A stretch of DNA of 64,000 bases, taken from NCBI GenBank assembly GCA_965216315.1, contig CBDCFN010000016.1:2208001-2272000 (forward strand), read 5' to 3'. Below the pieces are notes generated by a model. The model saw nothing but the letters and a program-made list of their open reading frames with translations, was not told the origin of the DNA and did no database searches. This stretch comes from a bacterium (GTDB taxonomy: Bacteria > UBA10199 > 2-02-FULL-50-16 > JAJFLM01). Shown one piece after another: positions 33,798 to 43,758 of the stretch. Every line of letters begins with the position of its first letter. Position 1 is the stretch's first letter. The translations under genes were made by a program, and so were the position numbers.

Positions 33798-35060
33798 TCA
33801 TGACGATTGAACCCGCATGAGCAACGATTCCGCATCATCTAATCCAAGTTCTTCTTGTTCGCTCGTGGTCATATTGCGAAGAATCAATTTCTTCGCCGCA
33901 ACCTCGTCCGAGCCAAGAATCACTGTAAAATCCGCACTAATTCGATTCGCGCGTTTCATCAGGGCCTTCAGCCCTTTGTCCTCATAATTCATCTCAACCC
34001 GAACCCCACCTTGGCGAAGCGATTGGGCGAGCGCTATTCCATGGGACATCGCGTCAGAACCGAATGCGGCTACAAAGACCAAGGGCCCTCGCGGCGGTCT
34101 GGCCTCGGCCCTCTCTTGCAACAATGATACCAAACGTTCGACCCCAATTGCAAAACCCACGCCCGGTAAATGAGGCCCCCCCATCAAGCGCAGCAAGCCA
34201 TCATAGCGTCCTCCTCCAGCCACTGAATTTTGGGCCCCCAGCTGCTGGGAGGTGAATTCAAAGGCCGTCCGCTGATAATAATCGAGTCCGCGCACGATAT
34301 TCGGATTGATCGCATAGGAAGAGCCGAGGCGCCCGATGCCTTGCAGGACCCCATCAAAATGCTCCTCACAGTCATCACAGAGGTGCTCTTGAATGCTTGG
34401 GGCCTCCGCCGCAATCGCACGGCACCCCTCCTGCTTGCAATCAAGGACCCGCATCGGGTTCTTCACAATACGCCGCAGGCAGTCATCACAGAGCCGGTCG
34501 TGGCGCTCGTCTAAATAGCTCACCAGGGCGGCCACAAAATCGGGACGACAGACGGTACATCCCAAGGAATTAATTTCCAATTCGAGATCATCAACACCCA
34601 ACAGGCGAAAATACTGATCGGCCAAGTGAATGAGTTCCGCATCAACCATCGGGTGAGAGGACCCAATCACCTCCGCGCCGATTTGGTGAAACTGGCGCAG
34701 GCGGCCTTTTTGCGGCCGTTCGTAGCGGTACATCGGCCCTAAATAATACAGGCGCGCCAAGGGCTCCGTCTGATCATAATGGCTTTGAATGTAGGCGCGA
34801 ATCACTGAAGCCGTCCCCTCAGGACGCAGGCAAATCTTTTTTCCCTGCCGGTCCTCAAAGCTGTACATTTCCTTTTCAATAATAGCCGTCGTCTCGCCTA
34901 ATGTCCGTGTAAACAGCTCCAGGGCCTCAACCACCGGGGTACGGATCTGCCGATAATTGTAGAGGGAAAATAAGCGATGCGCCTCGGCCTCGGCCTGCTG
35001 CCACAGCGTGACCTCTTCAGGCAATACATCGGCCATTCCTCGGATGGATTGGATGGGCAT
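33798..35060 (-). CDS. hisS: Histidyl-tRNA synthetase
   Basis: LRPEGTA, RYERPQKGRLRQFHQ, RGLDYY, GGGRYD. Confidence 0.97.
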   Translation of the reverse strand: MPIQSIRGMADVLPEEVTLWQQAEAEAHRLFSLYNYRQIRTPVVEALELFTRTLGETTAIIEKEMYSFEDRQGKKICLRPEGTASVIRAYIQSHYDQTEPLARLYYLGPMYRYERPQKGRLRQFHQIGAEVIGSSHPMVDAELIHLADQYFRLLGVDDLELEINSLGCTVCRPDFVAALVSYLDERHDRLCDDCLRRIVKNPMRVLDCKQEGCRAIAAEAPSIQEHLCDDCEEHFDGVLQGIGRLGSSYAINPNIVRGLDYYQRTAFEFTSQQLGAQNSVAGGGRYDGLLRLMGGPHLPGVGFAIGVERLVSLLQERAEARPPRGPLVFVAAFGSDAMSHGIALAQSLRQGGVRVEMNYEDKGLKALMKRANRISADFTVILGSDEVAAKKLILRNMTTSEQEELGLDDAESLLMRVQSS

Positions 35061-35152
35061 AGCGCTTCAATTTACAGAATAATTCAGTTTTATTCAATGA
35101 ATTTAAACGTTTACGCGCTCAGTGCTTCATGCTACCGTCCTCAGACGCCTCT

Positions 35153-36217
35153 ATGAAATTCCTCGTCCTAACCTTATTATTTGTAACCAGCCTGACCACG
35201 AGTGGCTGCTTCAATCCCTTCGAATGCCCTTTGGCCCTCCTCGCCCTCTGTGGGGGGGCCGATCCGGCTGAAACCCGGAGTGTCGATGAATTCTATCCCC
35301 TGGCGCTTGGGGGCGTGGCCCCTGACTGGGATATCGTCAGTGTTGAGGAGGACCTGGAATACGAGCAATTACGCTTTACGACCGCAAACCCTAGCCTGCT
35401 GGACCTTGAAATTCCCGCCGGCGAAACGTCATACGAATCCGCCGGCGCCGCTCAGCTCATTCCCATCGACGTCGGCATCACGACAAATACCATCGAAACG
35501 ATTAGTAACGGTGAAAGCGATGTCGTTTTGACCTATGAAACGATTACTCCGCCGCAAAAGCTCATCCAGATTCTCATTGCGGAATCCCAGGGGCCCATGG
35601 CCCGTGAGGCGAAACTTGATGACGCGGGTCAGGTCAAACGTGGGAGCATCAGCCCAACCGGAGAAGCCCTCGCGCACGTGATCCGCAACCGGGTCGAACT
35701 CATCCGCGAGACCGAAACACCCGGCCTGTTTGCCGCCGACGATTTTGATTTTTATGCCGACCCACCGACTTCTGAATACGATGCGGTAATCGAAGCCCAT
35801 TTAGGCGGAATCTATCAATTCTCACCCGTCGATCCAAGTGACATCAATCATGATATCTACCTCAATGCGGATGAGCGCGCTAACCTGGATGAATCGTTGC
35901 TGCAGCGGGCCTATGACCAGGCCGTTGTCAGTGCGGCTTTTGTCTTCAGCGGAACCCTCACGGATTCCACGCGCGACGCTTTCGGTTTTTATTCCCCGAC
36001 GGACGAAGAATATGATGTCTTAGAGGCCGCTTTACTGTCTAAAACGCGGGACCTCCCTGAAAATATCGGCACCGGCGATGACCAATTTCCGGCCTTTGCC
36101 CCGATTCAGATCTTAATTCTGTCAAATATCGTCACGCGCACGGAGGAGAGTACCGTTCCGGCCTTTGTCTTTGTGAGAACGCGCACGGCAGAGGAACCGG
36201 CGGTTATCGCCAATTGA
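35153..36217 (+). CDS. Hypothetical acidic lipoprotein
   Basis: MKFLV..TTSGC lipobox. Confidence 0.7.
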   Translation: MKFLVLTLLFVTSLTTSGCFNPFECPLALLALCGGADPAETRSVDEFYPLALGGVAPDWDIVSVEEDLEYEQLRFTTANPSLLDLEIPAGETSYESAGAAQLIPIDVGITTNTIETISNGESDVVLTYETITPPQKLIQILIAESQGPMAREAKLDDAGQVKRGSISPTGEALAHVIRNRVELIRETETPGLFAADDFDFYADPPTSEYDAVIEAHLGGIYQFSPVDPSDINHDIYLNADERANLDESLLQRAYDQAVVSAAFVFSGTLTDSTRDAFGFYSPTDEEYDVLEAALLSKTRDLPENIGTGDDQFPAFAPIQILILSNIVTRTEESTVPAFVFVRTRTAEEPAVIAN

Positions 36218-36279
36218 TTATGCTGATAAACCCACTAAAATCATTTGCGATTCTTCGTCTCGAGGACTATGTTCATCCT

Positions 36280-37008
36280 ATGAAGGCTTTCCTCCTCGCA
36301 GCGGTGGGGGCCATCATATTGGTGTTGGCTCCCGCTGAGACGGTCCAAGCTGAATTCTCTGATTCAGTGCTCGGCTCCGTTCGCAATATTCAAGAAAAGA
36401 TACTCCTCCGCGTTCAACGCAATATCACTGGAGCGGATGCTTCTACCATGTGGTCGCTATTTGATCAGGATGTCTTGCGTTCACTCAATGGTGGCGTGAT
36501 TCCCCTATCTACGGAAGCACTCAACCGCAAATATGGGTGGACCGACATTCGCATCCCCCTGACTTATACCGAAAAAAAAGGTGAGATAAAAACAGGCGCC
36601 ATCCGCATTCGTTTCTATCCACTTCCAAGCAGGGCAGCCGGCAGAAGCGACTGGCTTGCAGTTTACTATCACGGCTTTGGTGCAGTCCCTTCCGCCACAT
36701 TTCATATCTTCCGCTACAAAAATAACCGTTATATCCGCGCCGCGGCGATGGAAGAATCCGACTTCCTTCACAAAAATGACAACCTGCAGTGGAATGGAAT
36801 CCAAGTTCAAAAAGAACTCCAGCCTGGTCATTTTTCAACCTATTTTACGCCGGCGACAAGCAGCAAGAGCCGCAACCGCGTCCAGGCCCATTGGCATTGG
36901 AATGGTAAAAAGCTAAAGGTTTTACGCTGGTATCCTGAAGTTGATTTCAGAAAGACGAAAGACGGAACGTATGTCTCAGGGCGCGGCGCACCCGTTTCAC
37001 CGGATTAG
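36280..37008 (+). CDS. Hypothetical secreted protein
   Basis: Signal peptide MKAFLL..VQA. Confidence 0.7.
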   Translation: MKAFLLAAVGAIILVLAPAETVQAEFSDSVLGSVRNIQEKILLRVQRNITGADASTMWSLFDQDVLRSLNGGVIPLSTEALNRKYGWTDIRIPLTYTEKKGEIKTGAIRIRFYPLPSRAAGRSDWLAVYYHGFGAVPSATFHIFRYKNNRYIRAAAMEESDFLHKNDNLQWNGIQVQKELQPGHFSTYFTPATSSKSRNRVQAHWHWNGKKLKVLRWYPEVDFRKTKDGTYVSGRGAPVSPD

Positions 37009-38297
37009 CCCTTCTTCTTCTTTTTGCCCTTAAACTGTTTCTCCAACTCCTCCGCCGTTACCATGACCGTCTCATCTAAATTGACGGCGGGAGTTGATTT
37101 TGAAGATATGGTTTTCTGCGTCTTATCGAGGTCGATGCCTTCTTTTTTGGCTTGAGGAGACGGGCTTGGTTTTTCTTCCGGTGGTGGCAAATCATCGACA
37201 CGAACCATCGTTGTTTTCTCAAGATCTTCGTCGCTGATCTTATCATGGAGCCCCTTTGCGGCCGGCGGAGTTTCGGGCGTCGGCAGTTCATCCAAACGTA
37301 CCATCGTCGTCTTTTCAAGATCTTCATCGCTGATCTTGTCATGAAGTCCCTTTGCGGCCGGCGGAGCTTCAGGCGTCACCGGCACATTAGGAAGACCAGC
37401 TTCATCCCGTAACGCACTCAACTCTTCCAAATATTCTTCATCATCAACAAATTCGTTATAAGCCCGTTGGTACAGCTTGGCCGCTCTTTGCGCGTCACCC
37501 GCCTTTACATAAGTCTCATACAGATCTCGAATGATACGCCTTACTTTTTCTCGTTGCTCGAGCTTGAGATAAACATCAATGGCCAATTCCTTAATTCCAG
37601 GAACCGCTTTCATTTCCGAACTCAACGACTCCAAGCGCTCCTGCGCCTTATCGACACTGTCTTTTTCCATATAGAGTCGACAAAGCGCATTGATGAGGCT
37701 CTCATCCGTCGCCTTGTGATAAAAAATCCGTTCATAAACCTCGATGAGAGCGTCCCTATCATTGCGCGCTTTCAAATCTTCAGCGGCTCTCTCATATTCA
37801 CGCAATGAGTCATCCGTGCTGCCCTCTTTTTGATAAATCTCCGCCAGACGAATGCGGCTTGTAATGGCCGATGGATCGGTCTCAACTATTTTTCGGCGAA
37901 CTTCGAGGAGTTCTTTGGAATGACCTGACTGCTCGTAATGATCCGCCACGATAAAATATTGGCTGATAGCATCTTTTTGGAGTCCGACTTCCCTATAAAG
38001 ATCACCCAATTTCTCATTAAGCGTCACCATCGTCGGGTTAAGCTTGAGCATCATTTTAAACAACGCAATCGCTTTGAGGTGGAACCGGTCTTGAACATAA
38101 CGCTGCGCCACTTCGTTATACGTCTCCAAGGCCTTCGCAATCTCTTTACGCTTCACAAAGAGATCTCCCAACTTCACCTTCAAACGCATGTCGTCTGGAT
38201 TCGCCGCAATGACTTTTTGATAAGCCTTGAGAGCCTTATCATACTTGCCATCGGCGACATATTTGTCGGCGGTTTCTATGGCTTTTTCTTTTTTCAT
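37005..38297 (-). CDS. Tetratricopeptide repeat protein with Pro-rich repetitive tail
   Basis: GKYDKALKAYQKVIAANP, KLGDL, RLAEIY helical repeats. Confidence 0.85.
   Translation of the reverse strand: MKKEKAIETADKYVADGKYDKALKAYQKVIAANPDDMRLKVKLGDLFVKRKEIAKALETYNEVAQRYVQDRFHLKAIALFKMMLKLNPTMVTLNEKLGDLYREVGLQKDAISQYFIVADHYEQSGHSKELLEVRRKIVETDPSAITSRIRLAEIYQKEGSTDDSLREYERAAEDLKARNDRDALIEVYERIFYHKATDESLINALCRLYMEKDSVDKAQERLESLSSEMKAVPGIKELAIDVYLKLEQREKVRRIIRDLYETYVKAGDAQRAAKLYQRAYNEFVDDEEYLEELSALRDEAGLPNVPVTPEAPPAAKGLHDKISDEDLEKTTMVRLDELPTPETPPAAKGLHDKISDEDLEKTTMVRVDDLPPPEEKPSPSPQAKKEGIDLDKTQKTISSKSTPAVNLDETVMVTAEELEKQFKGKKKKKG
37182..37373 (-). repeat. 96-bp tandem duplication (32 aa) in the TPR protein tail
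   Basis: PExPPAAKGLHDKISDEDLEKTTMVRxDxLP twice; CCATCG at 37205 and 37301. Confidence 0.9.
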
Positions 38298-38731
38298 TTC
38301 GTTCCGAGCAGACCAATCGCGGCTTGCAAGCCCAATATATAACTTTGTATGCCAAATCCGGTAATAACACCCGCTGTAACTGGAGCCGTATAACTCGTCT
38401 GACGGAATGATTCCCTCGCATGGATATTGCTTATATGCACTTCCACCGCGGGAACAGATACGGATGCCAAAGCATCACGTATCGCGACACTCGTGTGGGT
38501 AAACGCAGCCGGATTGATCACGAGAGCATCACAATCCTGTTCTGCTTGTTGAATACGCGTGACAATCTCACCCTCATGATTTGACTGATAGAACTGCAGG
38601 TCAACACCCCTATCATGAGCCACCTCGTTCATGAGTTTCTCTATATCTTCAAGCGAGATATTCCCGTAAACTTCGGGCTCACGCTTGCCAAGCATATTTA
38701 AGTTAGGGCCATTAATTACAAGAATCTTCAT
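38294..38731 (-). CDS. aroQ: Type II 3-dehydroquinate dehydratase
   Basis: NGPNLNMLGKREPEVYG, QSNHEG, EVHISN..RESFR. Confidence 0.96.
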   Translation of the reverse strand: MKILVINGPNLNMLGKREPEVYGNISLEDIEKLMNEVAHDRGVDLQFYQSNHEGEIVTRIQQAEQDCDALVINPAAFTHTSVAIRDALASVSVPAVEVHISNIHARESFRQTSYTAPVTAGVITGFGIQSYILGLQAAIGLLGTK

Positions 38732-39255
38732 ACGACTGTCTTTTCCTCACCGGTTATCATCTCTTCTAGTTCTTGAATGCGCATTCTCAATTCACGATCC
38801 TTAGGATCTTGCACCGAAAGTTCCTGGAGAATGCGAATGGCTTCTTGGTATTCCCCTTGACCCACCAATATCTCTGCCATTGTCGGCGTGTGCCACATGT
38901 CTTTGCCCTGTACCGACTTTTTTTGCTTTAGTGCCTCCTGCCGCAATTTGGGGGCATATTTTAAAGCTTCCGGGTGACCTGGCATACGAGCGAGAACTTG
39001 CGCGGCCACTCTCTCCGCTTCGGTTTTCCGGTTCAACGCCCAGTATACCGAGGCCTGGATTAAACGTCCACTGATGGAGTCATGGTTGTGCTCCAGCCCA
39101 ATTTTACAGAGTTCTAAGGCCTCATCCAACAAACCCTGATCACGCAAAATTTCGGCCATCGGCACAAATACGATCGAGGCCCGATTACGACTCCACGTCT
39201 CAAAATACTTAAGAAATTGGGTGTGTTCGCGTAAAGGAGCGGGAACTTCGTTCAT
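38728..39255 (-). CDS. TPR protein
   Basis: Helical repeats; TPTMAEILVGQG C-terminal motif. Confidence 0.75.
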   Translation of the reverse strand: MNEVPAPLREHTQFLKYFETWSRNRASIVFVPMAEILRDQGLLDEALELCKIGLEHNHDSISGRLIQASVYWALNRKTEAERVAAQVLARMPGHPEALKYAPKLRQEALKQKKSVQGKDMWHTPTMAEILVGQGEYQEAIRILQELSVQDPKDRELRMRIQELEEMITGEEKTVV

Positions 39256-39268
39256 GGGGAAGGTCTTC

Positions 39269-40408
39269 CTATGCCTTTAATAAGGCGGCTATTTCTTTGG
39301 GATCAACGGACTTCACCTTAACTCTCCCAATCTTTTCAACAAATACATATTGAAGTTCATCGCCACGCATTTTTTTGTCGCGCTTGAGACTCTGTTCCCA
39401 TTCTTTTTTGGAAAACTTGGGAAGTTTAATGGGGAGTCCATAGGCGGCGATGAGATCCGCAACTTCATGAGCAACTTCACTCGAACAGTATTTAAAGTGC
39501 TCGGATATCCGTGCCGCCTGTATCATTCCAATCGATACAGCCTCGCCATGCCCAAACTTGCGGTATTCAGTCAAACGCTCCACGGCATGACCGACGGTAT
39601 GACCAAAGTTAAGCGTCATCCGCTCACCAATCGTTTCCTTTTCATCGCGACTGACAATATCGGCTTTGATTTGACAACAAGTCTGAACAATCTTCTCTAA
39701 ATGCAACGTGTCCCGCTGCAAAATGGCAATACGATTGCTTTGCAAAAATTTAAAAAACTCCGCGTCGTAGATAATGGCATATTTAATCACTTCGGCCAGC
39801 CCACACAAAAATTCCCGGTCCGGGAGCGTCTCAAGGTAACCGACATCAATGTGAACATGGTTGGGCTGATAAAAGGCCCCGATGAGATTTTTACCTTCCT
39901 TGTGATCGACACCGACCTTGCCACCGACACTGGAATCCACCTGCGAGACGAGCGTGGTCGGTACCTGTACATAGCGTATCCCCCGCATGAAAGTCGCTGC
40001 GACAAAACCGCCGATATCCCCAAGCACGCCCCCTCCGACCAGGACCAGCACGCTGTGCCGATCCGCACCTTGATCAAGCAGCCAGTCATAACAAAGCTGG
40101 ACCGTTTCTAGATTCTTATTCCGTTCCCCGTCGGGAAGGATCAGATAGGGCGCCTTCATACCGCGTGCCCGGAGGCTACGCTTGAGATCGGGAACGAGCT
40201 GCGGACCGACAACAGAATTCGTCAGGATCAGGGCGCGCCCATCGGTACAAATAGTCTCTAACAGATCGCAGAGTGGCCCATTGTCATGACTCGAAATATC
40301 GATGCGATAACTATGCTGTTTCAGCTCAACCGTCAGTCCGGAAGGAGCCGCATTGGAGGATCGCTTGGACGACTTGCTCGGGGCTTTTTTCTGAGGTATC
40401 GATGACAT
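39269..40408 (-). CDS. aroB: 3-dehydroquinate synthase (start uncertain, 40408 or 40423)
   Basis: GGGVLGD, PTTL..VDSSVGGK, KNLIGAFYQP, LNFGHT. Confidence 0.93.
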   Translation of the reverse strand: MSSIPQKKAPSKSSKRSSNAAPSGLTVELKQHSYRIDISSHDNGPLCDLLETICTDGRALILTNSVVGPQLVPDLKRSLRARGMKAPYLILPDGERNKNLETVQLCYDWLLDQGADRHSVLVLVGGGVLGDIGGFVAATFMRGIRYVQVPTTLVSQVDSSVGGKVGVDHKEGKNLIGAFYQPNHVHIDVGYLETLPDREFLCGLAEVIKYAIIYDAEFFKFLQSNRIAILQRDTLHLEKIVQTCCQIKADIVSRDEKETIGERMTLNFGHTVGHAVERLTEYRKFGHGEAVSIGMIQAARISEHFKYCSSEVAHEVADLIAAYGLPIKLPKFSKKEWEQSLKRDKKMRGDELQYVFVEKIGRVKVKSVDPKEIAALLKA

Positions 40409-40856
40409 AGTCTGCCTTGTCATAGGACGCTTGGCGCTCCTGGATCAACCGAAGAATTTCCTGCATCGGGTCCGAACCCTCTAAAAGCGGCCTTTCGGCA
40501 GGATTCTGCCCCTCTGCTACCCGCTGGTAGATGGACTCGGGTGTCGCCGTCAAGGCCACTAACAGCCCCGCCGCCTGCATGAGCTGAAAATTACCCTCAT
40601 CCAGAATAGCGCCCCCTCCGGTCGCCACCACGACGGGACTCTGGGCACAGACCTCTTGGAGAACCGCTTTTTCCAGGGCCCTGAAGGCCGCCTCTCCATC
40701 CTGGGCGAATATTTCGGGGATGGTCCGCCCCGCACGCGCCTCGACGAGATGATCGGTATCCAGAAAGGGCCAGCCGAGCTCCTCGGCGAGGAGCAGGCCG
40801 ACGGTGGATTTGCCGGTGCCCATGAAGCCGGTCAGGATGATTCTATCTTGATTCAA
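40326..40856 (-). CDS. aroK: Shikimate kinase
   Basis: GFMGTGKSTVG, GEAAFR, ATGGG, RPLL. Confidence 0.95.
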   Translation of the reverse strand: MNQDRIILTGFMGTGKSTVGLLLAEELGWPFLDTDHLVEARAGRTIPEIFAQDGEAAFRALEKAVLQEVCAQSPVVVATGGGAILDEGNFQLMQAAGLLVALTATPESIYQRVAEGQNPAERPLLEGSDPMQEILRLIQERQASYDKADYVIDTSEKSPEQVVQAILQCGSFRTDG

Positions 40857-42019
40857 TACCTTTTAACCTGTTCCAAATAGCCTTGATAATTCCGCTGCAC
40901 TTCCTCCAACGAATCACCCCCGAATTTTTCGAGAAAAGCATCCGCAATCTCAATCGCGACGATATTTTCCGCAATCAAGGCCGCCGCCGGGACAACGCAA
41001 ATATCGGAACGCTCAATGCTCGCCTCAAAGGCCTCTTTGGTCTGGACATTCACGGAACGCAACGGATTGTACAGGGTCGCGATCGGTTTGAGGGATCCAC
41101 GCACGACCACAGGGGCACCGTTGCTCATCCCGCCGGTGATCCCCCCGGCGCGATTGGTTTCGTGATAAAATCCGCGCCCCTGGTCATAAAAAATTTCATC
41201 GTGCACTTCCGAGCCGGGACGATCCGCCACCTCTTTGCCAATCCCAATCTCAACCCCCTTGATCGCCTGGATGCTCATGACGGCCGCCGCGAGGCGCGCG
41301 TCAAGTTTGCGGTCCCATTGTACATGACTCCCGAGCCCGATCGGTAGACCCGTACATACGACTTCAAAGAGCCCCCCGAGGCTATCGCCTTGCTTACGTG
41401 CCGCATCGATATTTTGCTTCCATTGCGCCTCGGCCTTGGCATCGAAGGTGCGACACTCGGACCCTTCCAAGCGCTTTGCGAGCTCTTCATAAGGCGGACA
41501 CTCCTCACTCACCGCCACGCCGCCGATTTTGGTCACATAGCTATAAAAACGTACCCCCACCGATTCGAGCAGCTGCCGTATCATCGCCCCCGCCGCAACC
41601 CGCATCGTCGTTTCACGGGCACTCGCCCGCTCCAACACGTTGCGGAGATCTTGATGCGCATACTTGATCCCACCCGCCAAGTCAGCGTGACCGGGACGTG
41701 GTCCGTAGACGGCCTTCGCATCACTCTGCTGGGCGGCATCGATCGACATGATCGTCTCCCAATTCTTCCAATCTTTGTTGGGAATCTGCAGACAGACCGG
41801 AGACCCTAAGGTCTTACCAAAACGAATCCCGGCGCTCACCTGGACGACATCCTTTTCGATCTTCATGCGGCCGCCGCGCCCATAACCCCCTTGGCGCCCT
41901 CGTAAGTGCTCATTGATCACATCAAGATCGATCGGCACTCCGGAAGGCATCCCCTCGACGATGACGCTGATAATAGGACCGTGTGACTCTCCAGCGGTTA
42001 AATAGCGAATACGTGACAT
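40853..42019 (-). CDS. aroC: Chorismate synthase
   Basis: TAGESHG, RPGHAD, ERASARET, ERSD. Confidence 0.97.
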   Translation of the reverse strand: MSRIRYLTAGESHGPIISVIVEGMPSGVPIDLDVINEHLRGRQGGYGRGGRMKIEKDVVQVSAGIRFGKTLGSPVCLQIPNKDWKNWETIMSIDAAQQSDAKAVYGPRPGHADLAGGIKYAHQDLRNVLERASARETTMRVAAGAMIRQLLESVGVRFYSYVTKIGGVAVSEECPPYEELAKRLEGSECRTFDAKAEAQWKQNIDAARKQGDSLGGLFEVVCTGLPIGLGSHVQWDRKLDARLAAAVMSIQAIKGVEIGIGKEVADRPGSEVHDEIFYDQGRGFYHETNRAGGITGGMSNGAPVVVRGSLKPIATLYNPLRSVNVQTKEAFEASIERSDICVVPAAALIAENIVAIEIADAFLEKFGGDSLEEVQRNYQGYLEQVKRY

Positions 42020-42091
42020 AGTGATACCTACTTAAAAGGCCGTTTAGAACTTTTGCAATGGGATTTTGAGGTCCGAGGTCCGACGGCTGGT

Positions 42092-42301
42092 TTAGTCTTC
42101 TGGAAAGACCTTCTCTTTTTCAGAGAGTTTAAAGCCCAAGGCGAGGATAATCTTGCGTTTGGTGTCCATCCGGCAGTCTTTTCCCTTTTCAACCCGGTCA
42201 ATTGTCAATGCGGAGATGCCGGCTTTGCGTGCTAACTCGGCCTTACTCATCAACTGCGACTCACGGAGATCGCGTACTGCGTTTTGTTTCGTCCCTGCCA
42301 T
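42092..42301 (-). CDS. Small XRE-family HTH regulator
   Basis: LRESQLMSKAELARKAGISALTIDRVEKG. Confidence 0.85.
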   Translation of the reverse strand: MAGTKQNAVRDLRESQLMSKAELARKAGISALTIDRVEKGKDCRMDTKRKIILALGFKLSEKEKVFPED

Positions 42302-42352
42302 GATGAACCTTTATAAATAATATCCACTCACCTTTATATAAGCAACTGATGA

Positions 42353-42381
42353 AGGTTACACAAACTTATAAACAAAGTCAA
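42353..42381 (-). promoter_or_regulatory. Sigma70-like promoter for HTH-aro genes
   Basis: TTGACT-N17-TAACCT on the minus strand in an AT-rich intergenic region. Confidence 0.55.
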
Positions 42382-42448
42382 TTTATACTATTTTATTGTA
42401 TTAATTAGTTATAATTAATACTAATTGATATATCACAATGGGGACTTT

Positions 42449-42471
42449 TTTGTGACGCAATGAGTCACAAA
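42449..42471. promoter_or_regulatory. Palindromic operator candidate
   Basis: TTTGTGAC-N7-GTCACAAA. Confidence 0.45.
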
Positions 42472-42515
42472 TTGGGTTAAAAAAGGGCCCGAATTGCCTG
42501 GAAATTAAGCAGAAT

Positions 42516-43313
42516 TTACAGGTAAAGTTTTCGCGTGAGCGCCAGATACCAATCGAGAATCTGGGGACCATAAAAGAGATAGAGCCAGGCCGCGAAGGCC
42601 AGGAAGGGCCCATAAGGGATGGCCTGCTTGAGCCCCTTACGGGAGAGCCCCAGATAGATCAGGCCTATTACGGTCCCGAGCAGGGAACTCATCAGCATGA
42701 TGAAGATGACCGACTTCCAGCCGAAAAAGGCCCCCAGCATGGCCGCGAGCTTGGCGTCGCCCAACCCGAGGCCGACGCGCCCACGCAGCCGTTCATAGGT
42801 CCAGCCCAGCACCGCGAGGATACCGCCACCCAGTAAGATCCCGAGCAAGGAATCAATAAAGAGGGCCTGGGCAGGAGCATTCCCGAGATAAAGGTGAACG
42901 ATGACCCCGACCCCGATACCCGGCAACGAGAGGATATCCGGAATAATCAAGTGTTCGAGATCGATGAAAGTAATCGCAATCAAGGGGAGCGTGAGCAAAA
43001 TGAAATAGCCGACATATTGGGGCAGCGTGGGAAAGCGCAGCCAGATGGCGACCGACATGACGGCCGTAATCAATTCGACGCTGGGATAACGGATGGAAAT
43101 CTTGCGCCGGCAATGACGGCAATGGCCCCACAACAAGAGATAGCTGATGATCGGAATATTATCGTACCAGCGAATCGTTTCCTTACAACCGATACAACGC
43201 GAGCGCGGCCGCACGATCGATTCCCCGCGTGGCACCCGGTAAATGACAACGTTGAGAAAGCTGCCCATGATCAACCCGAAGAGAGAGACGTAAACGAGTT
43301 CCAAGCCAGCCAT
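42516..43313 (-). CDS. pilD: Prepilin peptidase (A24)
   Basis: GSFLNVVIYRVP, two CxxC pairs, FIDLE, GLGDAKL, IPYGPFL. Confidence 0.95.
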   Translation of the reverse strand: MAGLELVYVSLFGLIMGSFLNVVIYRVPRGESIVRPRSRCIGCKETIRWYDNIPIISYLLLWGHCRHCRRKISIRYPSVELITAVMSVAIWLRFPTLPQYVGYFILLTLPLIAITFIDLEHLIIPDILSLPGIGVGVIVHLYLGNAPAQALFIDSLLGILLGGGILAVLGWTYERLRGRVGLGLGDAKLAAMLGAFFGWKSVIFIMLMSSLLGTVIGLIYLGLSRKGLKQAIPYGPFLAFAAWLYLFYGPQILDWYLALTRKLYL

Positions 43314-43362
43314 GGACTCTTAGTAGCATCAAGCAAGTACTTGAGGCCAGGAATTCTTAACT

Positions 43363-43758
43363 TCAACTCGCGGCTTTAACGATCACTCCAGCGAGGTTGC
43401 CCAATGACTGACCCAGGCGCTGAAAGGCCCCGATCAGTCCATTGGCCTGTGGTTGTGTCGTCGTCTTAACCTGCGTCCTTGTTGCCGTTTTCTTATCTGC
43501 CTTATGCTCGGCGACTTTTTTAGGGTTGGTCGTTGGTTTCGTAGCCTGGGCCGACGGAGTCGCCGGTTTCGCCGGCTTGGACCCCTTCCCGTCGACGATA
43601 TTTTTCAACGGTTTCTTTGCGATCGTAAATTGAGTTGCCGGTTGGGACGCCGCCGGCTGGGTGACTTTTCTTTGTGAGTCTGACGGCGCCCCGGTCGGCA
43701 AAAATGGAAAAGAACTCCAGTTAAAAATTCCTAATGCGGCTCCACCTGGAAAAGCCAT
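43363..43758 (-). CDS. Hypothetical low-complexity (K/T/P/A-rich) protein
   Basis: GGAGG SD before MAFPGG. Confidence 0.6.
   Translation of the reverse strand: MAFPGGAALGIFNWSSFPFLPTGAPSDSQRKVTQPAASQPATQFTIAKKPLKNIVDGKGSKPAKPATPSAQATKPTTNPKKVAEHKADKKTATRTQVKTTTQPQANGLIGAFQRLGQSLGNLAGVIVKAAS

Noticed and set aside
40383..40392. AAAAAAG slippery heptamer making an AroK-AroB fusion
   Set aside because: Heptamer is not phased in the aroK frame, and the needed shift is +1, not -1
42451..42469. CRP site
   Set aside because: TGTGA-N9-TCACA spacing does not fit the N6 consensus; kept only as an unassigned palindrome
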